Assembly: GCF_006345805.1 (NCBI RefSeq)
Contig: NC_043009.1
Location: forward strand, 20,522,001-20,586,000
Source: Octopus sinensis
Taxonomy: Eukaryota
Direction: 5' to 3'
Length of the DNA: 64,000 nucleotides
Shown in pieces: positions 63,851 to 64,000 of the stretch (positions within the stretch are counted from its first letter, which is position 1; every line of letters starts with the position of its first letter). The notes beneath the pieces are model-generated. The model made no database searches. It was given only the letters and a program-made list of their open reading frames with translations, and was not told the DNA's origin. A program made the translations under genes and the position numbers.

Positions 63851-64000
63851 AAAAAATCTCAATACATTGGTTAGTACCTCCTCAACAACAGAACATGAAT
63901 ATGACACATTACCAATATATTCTTCACTTCGGTCCATATTTCATTTTCAAGTTTTACTTTTTGAGTCTGCTCTTTGCTGACAACATAATTCCCCATTAAA

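Overview
AT-rich, repeat-dense animal genomic DNA; the repeat families suggest an octopus (coleoid cephalopod), which is an inference. One host gene spans almost the whole window on the + strand: a Hook-family microtubule/dynein cargo adaptor (HOOK3-like). I traced 18 GT-AG coding exons (1062 to 60257) that join in phase to give 630 aa plus stop; the exons encoding the first part of the protein lie upstream of the window. The introns hold a decayed Hero-like RLE retrotransposon, a Penelope-like GIY-YIG segment with hammerhead-like motifs, two CR1-like LINEs fused tail to tail, three RTE LINE copies, an R4-like fragment, a Helentron-like element, a piggyBac-like MITE, many SINEs and several kb of (TA)n arrays. 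The most notable observations are: (1) a compact, covarying H-type pseudoknot motif amplified in tandem in the RTE 3' UTRs; (2) an intact-looking tRNA-Gly with the normally absent anticodon ACC; (3) a C4HC3 PHD finger inserted inside the RTE reverse transcriptase; (4) an in-frame TGA shared by two RTE copies; (5) a ~390-nt intronic fold-back; (6) a candidate 60-nt cassette exon and an 11-nt microexon of HOOK. All identifications come from reading the sequence and recalled family motifs; no search or folding program was run.
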